A DNA stretch of 64,000 nt, from positions 11,558 through 75,557 of the forward strand of contig CAZORA010000007.1 in the NCBI GenBank assembly GCA_964582225.1, given 5' to 3'. The position numbers were made by a program, and so were the translations under genes. Positions 34,491 to 44,375 of this stretch are shown in pieces (position 1 is the first letter of the stretch; the number at the start of each line of letters is the position of its first letter). The notes beneath the pieces are model-generated. The model worked only from the letters and a program-made list of their open reading frames with translations, searched no databases and was not told where the DNA came from. The stretch comes from an uncultured Dokdonella sp. GTDB taxonomy: Bacteria > Pseudomonadota > Gammaproteobacteria > Xanthomonadales > Rhodanobacteraceae.

Positions 34491-36314
34491 ATGCGTTCCG
34501 TCCTATTTCTCACCGCGCTCTGCGGCGCGTTCGTCCTGTCGCCCCTGCGGGCCGAAAAAATCGACCTGCAGCCTACCGTCCAGGTGACCGCCTCGCGGGT
34601 CGCCGAAACGGTGGATGAAACCCTCGCCGACGTCAGCATCATCACCCGGGCGGACATCGAGCAGAGCGTCGCCCGCGACACCCTCGACCTGCTGCGCCTG
34701 CAGCCGGGAATCGACTTTTACCGCACCGGCGGCCCCGGCAACCAGACCTCGCTGTTCCTGCGTGGCACCAACTCCAACCAAGTGTTGGTGCTGATCGACG
34801 GGGTACGCGTGTCCGCCGTCACTACGGGCGCCTTTGCCCTGGAGCACCTGCCGATCGATGCGATCGAGCGGATCGAGATCGTGCGCGGACCGCGGGCCAG
34901 CTACTGGGGTTCGGACGCAATCGGCGGGGTGATTCAGATCTTCACCCGTCGCCTCGAAGGTCCGCGCGTCGCGGCCACCTACGGCAGCTACGAAGATGGT
35001 TCAGCGAGTGCGGGCTTCGGCCACTGGGACGGCGCCGACGGCTTCAGCGTGCAGCTCGGTGCGCGCCACGTCGACGGCTTCTCGGCCACCAACCGGGGCA
35101 TCTGCGCCGGCCCGGAGGATCCGTACTGCATCTGGGATCCGGACGATGACGGCTATCGCAACATCAACCTGGTGGCGCGCGGTGCGCGGGCCATCGGCAG
35201 TCAGGTCCTGTCCGCGATGTTGTACCGCAGCCAAGGCAAAGTCGAATTCGATCAGGGCAGCTCGAAGGTGCGCGAGCAGGTCGCCGGCATTTCGCTCGAG
35301 GGTGAGCTGGCGGCAAGCTGGAGTCACCGCCTGAATTTGGGCGACGCCCGCGAGCATCTGCGCACTCCAGCCTTCGGCGCGGAATATGAAACGCGCCGCC
35401 AGAGCTTCCTGTGGCAGAACGAATTCCGCATCGACTCCCGCCAGCGACTCGTCGCCGGACTCGACTTCGTGCGCGAGCGCGGCCAAACGCTCGACACCTT
35501 CGCCGGCGTGGCACGCTACCGACACACGCGCGACAACCGCGCGCTGTTCGCCGGCTGGCGTGGCGAGTTCGATCACATCGACGCGGAACTTGCCACGCGA
35601 CGCGACGACAACACGGTGTTCGGCGGCGCCAATACCGGTTCGGCGGCACTCGGCTGGCACAACGATCGCGGCCTGCGCCTTTACGCGAGTCTCGGCCAGG
35701 GTTTCCGCAGCCCGACCATGAACGAACTCTACGACCCCGGCTACGGCGGCTGGTTTGCCGGCAACCCGACGCTGCGGCCGGAGCGCTCGCTGAACAGCGA
35801 ACTGGGGCTGGAAGCGACGTTTTCCGCAAATCAGCGCCTCAAGTTCAATCTGTACTCGAATCGGGTGTGGAACCTGATCAGCTTCACTGGCCCACAGAAC
35901 CAGGCCGAAAACATCGCTCACGCGCGCATCGACGGCGCCGAACTCGGCTGGATGGCCGAACTCGGAGGCTGGTTCGGCAGTGTCAACTACACCTGGCAAC
36001 GCGCCCGCGATCGCGACACCGGCATGGCACTTCTGCGTCGCGCACGCAACAAGTTCTCGCTTGTGCTGGAGCGGCGATTTCTGGAGCGCCTGAGCCTCGG
36101 CGCGGAGGCGCTGTGGATCGACCGCCGGCCTGACGTCGGCGGCGTCGCGCTGGGCAGCTACGCCCTGCTCAACCTGCGTGCGCGCTGGGACATCGATCAC
36201 AGCTGGAACCTTGGGTTGCGGCTGGAGAACCTCACCGATCGCGACTACGAGTGGGTCCGCGGTTACAATGCATCCGGGCGCGCGGCCCACCTGGAAGTCA
36301 TCTGGCGTCCGTAA
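34491..36314 (+). CDS. btuB: TonB-dependent vitamin B12 receptor
   Basis: Signal peptide, VQVTASR TonB box, LRGTNSNQVLVLIDG, ERIEIVRGPRAS, C-terminal beta strand; riboswitch upstream. Confidence 0.9.
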   Translation: MRSVLFLTALCGAFVLSPLRAEKIDLQPTVQVTASRVAETVDETLADVSIITRADIEQSVARDTLDLLRLQPGIDFYRTGGPGNQTSLFLRGTNSNQVLVLIDGVRVSAVTTGAFALEHLPIDAIERIEIVRGPRASYWGSDAIGGVIQIFTRRLEGPRVAATYGSYEDGSASAGFGHWDGADGFSVQLGARHVDGFSATNRGICAGPEDPYCIWDPDDDGYRNINLVARGARAIGSQVLSAMLYRSQGKVEFDQGSSKVREQVAGISLEGELAASWSHRLNLGDAREHLRTPAFGAEYETRRQSFLWQNEFRIDSRQRLVAGLDFVRERGQTLDTFAGVARYRHTRDNRALFAGWRGEFDHIDAELATRRDDNTVFGGANTGSAALGWHNDRGLRLYASLGQGFRSPTMNELYDPGYGGWFAGNPTLRPERSLNSELGLEATFSANQRLKFNLYSNRVWNLISFTGPQNQAENIAHARIDGAELGWMAELGGWFGSVNYTWQRARDRDTGMALLRRARNKFSLVLERRFLERLSLGAEALWIDRRPDVGGVALGSYALLNLRARWDIDHSWNLGLRLENLTDRDYEWVRGYNASGRAAHLEVIWRP

Positions 36315-36466
36315 TTGTGACGTTTTGTGACATCATCTGACGCGCCGCTCGCACGCCGCCCGCAGTCTGGACAATGCCTGCGGGCGGCGCGTGCTGCCGA
36401 TCGATAACCGGGGAAGCGCGGCGCGACGGCAGTTCCTAAGGATTGGCGCACGCCTGCCACAGATGG

Positions 36467-38857
36467 ATGAGCAAGACGGCCGTGGATGAACCGCGAAGCG
36501 GGCAGAACTTGAGCGCGCGAAGTGACCTTCCCTCACGCGTAAAAGCGGCGTGTGAAGAGCTCCTGACCATTGCCGAGCAGCGCTTCAAACCACTGCTGCG
36601 CGAAGTGCTCGACAGCTACGAAAACGCGCTTTTCGGGCTCGCCGAGAAAGCCGCCGACAACGCGGAGCAGCAGCGGCAGTTCGAAGCTCTGCATCAGATC
36701 AAGCTGGGGCGCAAGCAGGTCGAGCCTGGCTTCCTGCAAAGCTTGGACGAGGATGTGGCTCGTCTGCGCGACGACGCATCACCGGTTGCGCAGGCTGCCC
36801 GAAGCCAACCCGAGCTGGACGCCGAGCCGCTGGAGCTGGTCGAGAGCGAAGAACTGGACGAGGAGCTCGCGCTGCGCGACATCGCCAGTCGAGCCGAAGT
36901 TCGGCATAGCGAGGCCCTGTATCTGCTGGCCCACCGCATCGCCGTGCTCGACGCGGCACCCGTGCTGGCGAACGATGAGCTGCCATTCGGGCCGGCCCGC
37001 TTGTGCGACGCATTTCGTGGCGCACTGGCGCCGTGCCGGCTGACGGTTGCGGCGCGACTGCTCGCCTATCGCCAGTTCGAGCAGGGCCTGAGCCGGGCGT
37101 TGGGCGATTTCTACGCAGCGCTGAACGAGTCGCTGGCGCAGCAGCGGATTCTGCCCAACCTCAAGTTCCGCAGTGCGAGCTACCGCCGCGCAGCATCCGG
37201 CGCTGCCTCCGCGAATGAGACGCCTACCGACGGAACGCCGCCTGCCGAGATCGATCCGCAGCCCGAAAAAGGCGCGGCAGCGCCCGCTCCGGCGCAATCC
37301 GCGGGCCTTTCCGGGACTGCAGCCGCGGTGCTGCGCGCAGCGGCGGGGCTGCTGCCGAAAGCGCCGTCGAGCCAGGCCGGCATTGCGCCCAGAGCCGCCC
37401 CCTCACGCGCCAGCTCCCCCCCGCCGGGCGCAGCGGCCGCTGCATCGGAGGCAAGCGACCTGTACCAGAACCTGCTGGGGCTGATCCGCCAGCATCGACA
37501 GCTCGATTCAGGCCCCAGCGGAAGCGCGCCTGCGCGTGAGGCGGCCAGCACCAGCGAGCTGCAGGATCTGCTGGACGGACTGCAGCGGAGCCCCGCCACC
37601 GCCGCCGGGGTCGCTCGCCACGACAGCGAATTCCTGAAGAATGCGCTGCTCGTCAAGCTGCGCCGCACGAGCCCCACCGGACATCCACGCACGCTGGGTG
37701 AGTCGGACGCGGACACCGTCGATCTGGTCGGAATGCTGTTCGACCACATCGCCAACGAGTTGCAAGAAAGCAACGAAACCCGTTCGCTGCTTTCGCGGCT
37801 GCACATCCCCGTGCTGCGCGTAGCGCTCGCGGACCAGACCTTCTTCACCCGTCAGGACCACCCGGCACGCGAGCTTTTGAATACGATCGGCGAAGCGTCG
37901 ACGCGCTGGGCCGACGATAGCGATACCGATCTCATCGGCAAGATGCAGCGTCTGGTCGATCAGGTGGTCAGCGATTTCAACGGCGACGTCAGCGTCTTCG
38001 CCAAGCTGCTCAAGGATCTGACGCAGTACATGCAGACCCTCGCACGCCGCGCCGAGCTCTCGGAGCGCCGGCTGATCGAGGCGGCGCGCGGGCGCGATCG
38101 CTTCGAGGCCGCGAGCAGCACGGCCAAGGCCGACGTCCAGCGCATCCTGAACGAGAGCACGCCCGATCCCTTCGTCAAGACCCTGCTCGAGCGTGCGTGG
38201 ACCGATGCCCTGGCGCTCAGCGCGCTGCGTCACGGCATCGCCAGCGACGAGTACCAACGCGCGGTCGACGCCGCCAAGCAGCTTGCCACCGACCGCAGCG
38301 CGGCCGCCAGCGACGAAAAACTGCGACAGACTCTGGACAGCGGACTACGGCAGATCGGACTGCACAAAGACGACGTCCGTAACGTGTTCGACGGACTGTC
38401 CGTGCCGAAGGAGAAGGCCGAGAACGCCGCCGAGAATCTGGATGCGGCGCTCGAGGCACACCCGCGCCTGGGCGGACAGACCAAGACTCCGCCTCCCGCG
38501 CAGCCGACCGAGTCGATCCCCCTCGGCGAACGCGAAGCCGAACAGCTGGCCAGACTGCGCCGCACGCCTTTCGGTACCTGGTTCGAGTTCATTTCCAACC
38601 AGCAGGGCGATCGTACGCGACAGAAGCTCGCCTGGTATTCGCCGGTCAGCGGGCGCTGTCTGTTCGTGAACCAACGTGGCATGCACGCATCGGATCGCAC
38701 GCTGAATCAGCTGGCGCGTGACATGGTGCGTGAACAGGCGTTCATCGTCGAGGAGACCCAGAGCGGCTCCTTCATCGATCGCGCGTTGGCCGTGGTCGCG
38801 GCCAAGCTGCGCAAATCGCTGTCGCCCCGGCGACTGGCGAGCGGTGCACCAGCATGA
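36467..38857 (+). CDS. DUF1631 family protein
   Basis: DLVGMLFD, LHIPVLRVALADQTFF..HPARELLN, GTWFEF..KLAWYSP..LFVNQRG. Confidence 0.85.
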   Translation: MSKTAVDEPRSGQNLSARSDLPSRVKAACEELLTIAEQRFKPLLREVLDSYENALFGLAEKAADNAEQQRQFEALHQIKLGRKQVEPGFLQSLDEDVARLRDDASPVAQAARSQPELDAEPLELVESEELDEELALRDIASRAEVRHSEALYLLAHRIAVLDAAPVLANDELPFGPARLCDAFRGALAPCRLTVAARLLAYRQFEQGLSRALGDFYAALNESLAQQRILPNLKFRSASYRRAASGAASANETPTDGTPPAEIDPQPEKGAAAPAPAQSAGLSGTAAAVLRAAAGLLPKAPSSQAGIAPRAAPSRASSPPPGAAAAASEASDLYQNLLGLIRQHRQLDSGPSGSAPAREAASTSELQDLLDGLQRSPATAAGVARHDSEFLKNALLVKLRRTSPTGHPRTLGESDADTVDLVGMLFDHIANELQESNETRSLLSRLHIPVLRVALADQTFFTRQDHPARELLNTIGEASTRWADDSDTDLIGKMQRLVDQVVSDFNGDVSVFAKLLKDLTQYMQTLARRAELSERRLIEAARGRDRFEAASSTAKADVQRILNESTPDPFVKTLLERAWTDALALSALRHGIASDEYQRAVDAAKQLATDRSAAASDEKLRQTLDSGLRQIGLHKDDVRNVFDGLSVPKEKAENAAENLDAALEAHPRLGGQTKTPPPAQPTESIPLGEREAEQLARLRRTPFGTWFEFISNQQGDRTRQKLAWYSPVSGRCLFVNQRGMHASDRTLNQLARDMVREQAFIVEETQSGSFIDRALAVVAAKLRKSLSPRRLASGAPA

Positions 38858-39210
38858 GCGGGCAGCAGCGAAGGCGCGCCGAGCGCAAGCGGCCGACCGT
38901 GCCGCTGCAGGTCATCGACGTGATGACCGACGAGCCGATCGGCCGGGTGGGCGATCTCTCCGCGGAGGGCATGCTGCTGATTTCCGAACGGCCAATCCGC
39001 GACGATGCGCTCTATCAGTTCTGCTTCCATCTGCCCGACGCCAACGGCACGCTGCACCCGATCGAGGTCGGGGTGCATCAGGCCTGGAGCGGCAAGAGCA
39101 ATACCGACGGGCGCTGGTGGATCGGTTTCCGCATCATCGACATCGGCAGCGACGAACACCGTCGCCTGGTGAAGTGGGTGGCGGCGCCGCAAGCGGCCAG
39201 CTTCCGCTGA
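38854..39210 (+). CDS. PilZ-domain protein
   Basis: RRAER (RxxxR) and DLSAEG (DxSxxG); ATGA overlap with DUF1631 gene. Confidence 0.9.
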   Translation: MSGQQRRRAERKRPTVPLQVIDVMTDEPIGRVGDLSAEGMLLISERPIRDDALYQFCFHLPDANGTLHPIEVGVHQAWSGKSNTDGRWWIGFRIIDIGSDEHRRLVKWVAAPQAASFR

Positions 39211-39391
39211 TCGCGCCGCGCGACGACGGTCGATCCGCAACTGCGCTCGCGAAGTTCCGAACCGGCTCGTCGCGCTTGCGAAGGCGCGCACCCAGCGATT
39301 CCCAGGCGTTGAAAGCAAAAGCGCTGGGAGTCGGTCGTCATCGAAACGCGGAGCGATGACCGCCGGCGCGGAACTTTGCCCGAAGCGGCGA

Positions 39392-40057
39392 TCAGGCGCT
39401 CGCCGCAATGCGCTCGGCAGAGGACAAAGGCCGATACGCGCGCAGGAAGAGGGCAACGGTCGCCGCGATATGCGCGTCCACGTCGGCCGCCGACACCGGC
39501 TCACAGCAGCCATACAGCATGCGCGCGTGCAGATCGCCCTTGAGCAGCGTGAAAAACTGCCGGGCGGCCACGCCGACGTCGGTGATCTCGAGCTGGCCGG
39601 AGCGGACGTGCCGATGCAGGAACTCCTCCAGATCACCCTGCAGGCGCTGCGGGCCGGCCTCCAGAAACAGGCGCACGAGTTTCTGCGAGAGCCCGCCGCC
39701 CGCGATCAGCAGTCGATGCAGGGCAACGGCTTCTGGCGTGGTGATCAGGGCGAAATACGCGCGCGCGATCGCTTCGAGCTGCAGCGGAAGCGGCTCGTGC
39801 TGATCGACATCGAACAGCGTATCCGGCATCTGTTCTTCGCAGTTCGCGCGAATCGCCTGAGCGAACAGCGTCTCCTTGTCCGTGAAGTGGCTGTACACGG
39901 TCAGCTTCGAGACGCCGGCTTCGCTCGCAATCGAGTCCATGCTGGTCGCCTCGAAACCGGAAAGCGGAAACAGGCGCTTGGCGGCTGCCAGGATCGCAGC
40001 ACGCTTTTCCGGGTCTTTCGGTCGCCCCGGACCACAATTCTTGACGACAAGCGACAC
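39392..40057 (-). CDS. TetR/AcrR family regulator (AefR-like)
   Basis: GRPKD, SMDSIASEAGVSKLTVYSHFTDKETLF HTH. Confidence 0.93.
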   Translation of the reverse strand: MSLVVKNCGPGRPKDPEKRAAILAAAKRLFPLSGFEATSMDSIASEAGVSKLTVYSHFTDKETLFAQAIRANCEEQMPDTLFDVDQHEPLPLQLEAIARAYFALITTPEAVALHRLLIAGGGLSQKLVRLFLEAGPQRLQGDLEEFLHRHVRSGQLEITDVGVAARQFFTLLKGDLHARMLYGCCEPVSAADVDAHIAATVALFLRAYRPLSSAERIAASA

Positions 40058-40084
40058 GATCGGAACGCTGGACAGGTTGCTGAA

Positions 40085-40116
40085 GGTTCTTTACTATACC
40101 ACGCAGTACAAGAACC
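40085..40116. promoter_or_regulatory. Inverted repeat, candidate TetR operator
   Basis: GGTTCTT-TAC ... GTACAAGAACC in an AT-rich patch of the divergent promoter. Confidence 0.5.
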
Positions 40117-40204
40117 GTTTTTCGCAGCACGCAACCACCGGACTGGCTGTTCTCGTCTGGTTTGCGTGACGGCCATGCGCGCTGCCGAGGAGCTCGTTGC
40201 ACCC

Positions 40205-40654
40205 ATGCAATCGAACGCAAGCCCCTGCCTGCACGCGGGCGAGGTTTCACCCGCTGCCATGGCCATCGCAAGTCTCGCCCTGCGCCTTGCGCAACGCGCG
40301 TTCTCGGCTGCGATCGAAGCCACCGGCGCCCGGGTTCCACTTCGACAGCAGCGACTGCGCGCCGCTGCGCGAGCCGCCTGGCGAACGCTCTCGGGCGACG
40401 AACAACCGCTGCTCTGCCGCTGGCTCGCGCTGCAGCAGCTGGCGCAGCCCAGCGTAATCGAACTCGACCGGATCGACGCGCGCCTGGCGCGGCGAGTGAA
40501 AGAGCTCGGCGGCACCGCTGGCGCGCCACCCGATGACCGACGGATATCCGACGTCCGGCCGACACTCGCGGTGCCTGCGGGTTTCGGCAGCTCGCTGCGC
40601 ACGGAACCGCTCCAGCGCGGAACGCGACGGCCCGATTTGCTCGCCGCCGGGTGA
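40205..40654 (+). CDS. Hypothetical helical protein upstream of pcm
   Basis: GAGGAG upstream of ATG; fills the tetR-pcm gap, co-oriented with pcm-tolC. Confidence 0.5.
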   Translation: MQSNASPCLHAGEVSPAAMAIASLALRLAQRAFSAAIEATGARVPLRQQRLRAAARAAWRTLSGDEQPLLCRWLALQQLAQPSVIELDRIDARLARRVKELGGTAGAPPDDRRISDVRPTLAVPAGFGSSLRTEPLQRGTRRPDLLAAG

Positions 40655-40700
40655 GTGCCTATCCTTCGCTCCCCTTCAGGCCGCCCCGGAGACGGCAACG

Positions 40701-41360
40701 ATGGCGATGAACTTCGAGCAGGCCAGAATCAACATGGTCGAAAACCAGGTGCGGCCCTGGGACGTGACCGACTCGCGCGTCCTGGAGACGCTGGCTGCAG
40801 TGCGTCGCGAGAATTTCGTACCCGAGCGTTACCGCACGCTGGCGTTCGCCGACCTGATGCTGCCGCTCGGCCACGGCGAGGTCATGCTGAAACCGGTGGT
40901 CGAAGGACGCCTGCTGCAGGCGCTGGCGCTGGAAGGTGATGAGAAGGTGCTCGAAATCGGTACCGGCAGCGGGTTTCTCACCGCCTGTCTCGCCCGTCTC
41001 GCAGCCAGCGTGACCAGCATCGACATCCATGCGGAGTTCAGCAAGCTTGCACGCACTCGCCTGGCCGAGGCAGGAACGCGGAACGTACAGATCGAGACCG
41101 CCGATGCGTTCGCCGGATACCGCCCCGCAGCGGCGTTCGACGTGGTCGTCGTGGGCGGTGCGGTGCACGCGGCGAGCGACGCGCTGCGCGAGCTGGTCGC
41201 CGCAGACGGACGCCTGTTCGCCTTCGTCGGCACCACCCCGGCAATCGAAGCCCGGCTCTACACCCAGGCCACGCCGGCGCGCTGGCAGGAACAGAGCCTC
41301 TTCGACACGGATGTACCCTATCTGCGCAACGCCGCACCGCCGAGGCGCTTCGCACTCTGA
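40701..41360 (+). CDS. pcm: Protein-L-isoaspartate O-methyltransferase family
   Basis: ARINMVENQVRPWDV, VLEIGTGSGF; usual position before tolC. Confidence 0.9.
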   Translation: MAMNFEQARINMVENQVRPWDVTDSRVLETLAAVRRENFVPERYRTLAFADLMLPLGHGEVMLKPVVEGRLLQALALEGDEKVLEIGTGSGFLTACLARLAASVTSIDIHAEFSKLARTRLAEAGTRNVQIETADAFAGYRPAAAFDVVVVGGAVHAASDALRELVAADGRLFAFVGTTPAIEARLYTQATPARWQEQSLFDTDVPYLRNAAPPRRFAL

Positions 41361-41513
41361 GCCGCCCAACCAATTGCCCATCCACGTCGCTGCCGCGTGA
41401 ACTATGCTCCGCTGAACGCTCGCTGGAGAACGTGCGGATTCCGCCGCGATTCATGCGGTCGACGGCATCTTGCTCCGGCGCAGCCCAGGCGGCACAACGC
41501 CCAAGGACTTACG

Positions 41514-42899
41514 ATGATTCGCATTAGCCGACTCTCCCTGGCCCTGGTTCTCGCCCTGGGCCTGCCCGTCGCCCAGGCGGACGATCTGCTCGACATCTAC
41601 CGGGAAGCACGCGCCGCCGATCCAACCCTGGCCGGCGCCGAGGCGAGCAAGCTGGCGACCGACGAAGGCGTCGTGCAGGCACGCGCCCAGCTGCTGCCGC
41701 AGCTCGGCGCCAGGCTCGACTACACCCACAGCCGTGGCGGAGAGAATGGCATCGTCATGGCGCCGGACCCACACGACCCCTCGCAGCGCGTCGCCGCCGA
41801 TGGCCTGACTGCGACGACACACACCCGCTCGATCGGCCTGCAGCTCAGCCAGAGCCTGGTCGACATCAGTCGCTGGACCTCGCTCAAGGCGAGTCGCTAC
41901 GCCGCCGATTCCGGCGCGGCCACGCTGGAGGCCGCCCAACAAGACCTGCTGGTGCGGGTGGCGAACACCTATTTCGGCGTGCTGAGCGCGATCGACGCGC
42001 TCAAGTTCGCCGACGCCAACGAAAAAGCCCTGGCGCGCCAGCTGGAGCAGGCGCAGCAACGCTTCGAGGTGGGTCTCGCCGCCATCACCGACGTCCACGA
42101 CGCGCAGGCGCAGCACGACCAGGCAGTGGCCAGCGTAATCGCCAATCGCAACGCGGTCGACCAGGCACGCGAAGCGGTGCGCCAGCTTACCGACAAGGAA
42201 CCCGGCGAATTCAAGCGCCTGCGTGATGAGCTGCCGCTGGACCGCCCCACGCCGGCAAGCCCCGAAGACTGGGTGCAGGTTGCCCTCAAGCAGAACCCGG
42301 CGTTGCATGCGGCCTCACTGCAGGTGGACGCCGCCAACACGAACATCCGTACGGCGCAGGCGGGGCATCTGCCCACGCTGAGCGCGCAGCTCGGCTACTC
42401 GCGCATGCCCACCTGGGGCGACCAGCGCTTCGGCGGCATTGGCAGCTTTCCACAGTACGCGGGCGATCCGAAATGGGGTAGTTCGATCACGCTGAGCCTC
42501 AACGTGCCGATCTTCAGCGGCGGCTTTACCCAGTCGACCGTGCGTCAGGCCGTGCATAACCGCGACTTCGCGCAGGATCAGTTCGAATTCAACCGACGCC
42601 TGGTGGAGGCGACCACCCGCAACAACTATCGCTCGGTCATTGCCGGCGCGAGCGAGGTCGAAGCCACACGCGCCGCTGTGGTGTCGGCGCAAAGTTCGGT
42701 CGAGGCCACCCAAGCCGGCTATGAGGTCGGCACCCGCACGATCGTCGACCTGCTGATCAGCCAGCAAACTCTGCTCGCGGCGCAGAGCAGCTATTCGGCC
42801 GCGCGCCACGCCTTCGTGCTCGACGGACTGCTGCTGAAGCAGGCGGCCGGGGTGATTGAACTCGGCGACCTCGAAGCAATCAACGCCCTGCTCGAGTAG
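41514..42899 (+). CDS. tolC: TolC family outer-membrane channel
   Basis: Signal peptide, DDLLDIY, RFEVGL, AGHLPTL, GYEVGTRTIVDLL. Confidence 0.95.
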   Translation: MIRISRLSLALVLALGLPVAQADDLLDIYREARAADPTLAGAEASKLATDEGVVQARAQLLPQLGARLDYTHSRGGENGIVMAPDPHDPSQRVAADGLTATTHTRSIGLQLSQSLVDISRWTSLKASRYAADSGAATLEAAQQDLLVRVANTYFGVLSAIDALKFADANEKALARQLEQAQQRFEVGLAAITDVHDAQAQHDQAVASVIANRNAVDQAREAVRQLTDKEPGEFKRLRDELPLDRPTPASPEDWVQVALKQNPALHAASLQVDAANTNIRTAQAGHLPTLSAQLGYSRMPTWGDQRFGGIGSFPQYAGDPKWGSSITLSLNVPIFSGGFTQSTVRQAVHNRDFAQDQFEFNRRLVEATTRNNYRSVIAGASEVEATRAAVVSAQSSVEATQAGYEVGTRTIVDLLISQQTLLAAQSSYSAARHAFVLDGLLLKQAAGVIELGDLEAINALLE

Positions 42900-42942
42900 A
42901 ACGACGCCTTGCCGCCGCCGCAAGGCTTGCTCTCAGCCGCTA

Positions 42943-44253
42943 TCAGACCTCGGCATCTCCGGTCGTCGTCGACGTGCGCGCCGAGGATGCAAGCAGGCGC
43001 TCGATGATTTCCATGGTGCGAGCCACGGCGCCCCGCTCACGCTGCATGAATGCGCGGGCAGCAGCGCCCATGCGGCGGCGCTCGGCGCCGTCCGACAGCA
43101 GATGCAGCACGCTCGGGCCCAGCTCGCTGGCACCGGCGATGCGCACGGTGGCCCCCGCCGCGATCAGGTCCGTCGTGACCTCGGCGAAATTGAAGGTATA
43201 GGGGCCGACGATCACCGGCCGCGCCAACGCTGCCGGCTCCAGCAGGTTGTGGCCGCCCACCGGCACCAGGCTGCCGCCGACGAACGCCGCGTCGGCCGCC
43301 GCATAGAACTGGATCAGCTCGCCCATCGAGTCGATCACGAAGCACTGGCAGCGCCCGTCGGCAGTGCCGTCCTCGCTGCGCGAGCCGGTGTGGAAGCCAT
43401 AGCCGCGGCAGGCCGCGAGCACCGGCTTGAAGCGCTCGGGGTGACGCGGCGCGATCAGCACGAGCGCATCCGGAAAGCGCCGCAGCACCTCCGCGTGCGC
43501 CTTGAGCACGGCGATCTCTTCACCCTCATGGGTGCTCGCGGCAATCCACACCGGGCGCGCGCTGCCCGCGGCCTCGTGGAAGGCCTGGCCCCACTCGCGC
43601 ACGCCCGCCGAGATCTCGAGGTCGAACTTCAGATTGCCCACCACCGCGATGCGATCCTCAGGCGCACCGAGCGCACGCAGACGCTCACCATCCGGGGCCG
43701 ACTGCGCGGCGACGAAATCCGCGCAGCGAATCGAGCGGCGAACCAGCGGCTGAATCGGCCAGTAGCCGCGCAGCGAGCGCTCGGACAGGCGCGCGTTGGC
43801 AACCAGGATGGCGATCTTGCGCGCGGCGCAGGCCATGAATAGATTGGGCCAGATTTCGGTTTCCATGATGACCGCGATGCGCGGCCGGATGCGATCGAGA
43901 AAGCGCTTGACCGCACGCGTCAGGTCATACGGCAGATACACGTGAAACACGCGGTCGCCGTAGAGCTGCAGCACCCGATCCGAGCCGGTCGGGGTGACGG
44001 TGGTGATGACCAGCCGGCTGTCACGATGCCGCGCCATCAGCGCATCGATCAGCGGCGCCGCCGCGTTGACTTCCCCCAGCGACACCGCGTGTACCCAAAT
44101 GCTGTCGCGCAGCCCCGGGTCCGGGAAAAAGCCGAAGCGTTCGCGCCAGCGCGCAAAATAGCCGTGATATTTCAGCCCGCGCGCCGTCAGCCGATACAGC
44201 ACGTAAGGCGTGAGCAGGTACAGGGCCAGGGCGTAGATGAAACGCTGCAGCAC
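42943..44253 (-). CDS. waaA: Kdo transferase
   Basis: WVHAVSLGE, YLPYD, ETEIWPN, GNLKFD, ASTHEGEE, GGHNLLEPA. Confidence 0.97.
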   Translation of the reverse strand: MLQRFIYALALYLLTPYVLYRLTARGLKYHGYFARWRERFGFFPDPGLRDSIWVHAVSLGEVNAAAPLIDALMARHRDSRLVITTVTPTGSDRVLQLYGDRVFHVYLPYDLTRAVKRFLDRIRPRIAVIMETEIWPNLFMACAARKIAILVANARLSERSLRGYWPIQPLVRRSIRCADFVAAQSAPDGERLRALGAPEDRIAVVGNLKFDLEISAGVREWGQAFHEAAGSARPVWIAASTHEGEEIAVLKAHAEVLRRFPDALVLIAPRHPERFKPVLAACRGYGFHTGSRSEDGTADGRCQCFVIDSMGELIQFYAAADAAFVGGSLVPVGGHNLLEPAALARPVIVGPYTFNFAEVTTDLIAAGATVRIAGASELGPSVLHLLSDGAERRRMGAAARAFMQRERGAVARTMEIIERLLASSARTSTTTGDAEV

Positions 44254-44375
44254 GAGTGCGATCGACGAACAGTGATCGCGCAGTATAGCGGTCGCCTATC
44301 GACGCCAAGGCGGGCCCCGCCGCACCAACGTCGCTGCATCCCGCGCAAAGCGGACGCTTCGCCGATAATCGGCGG

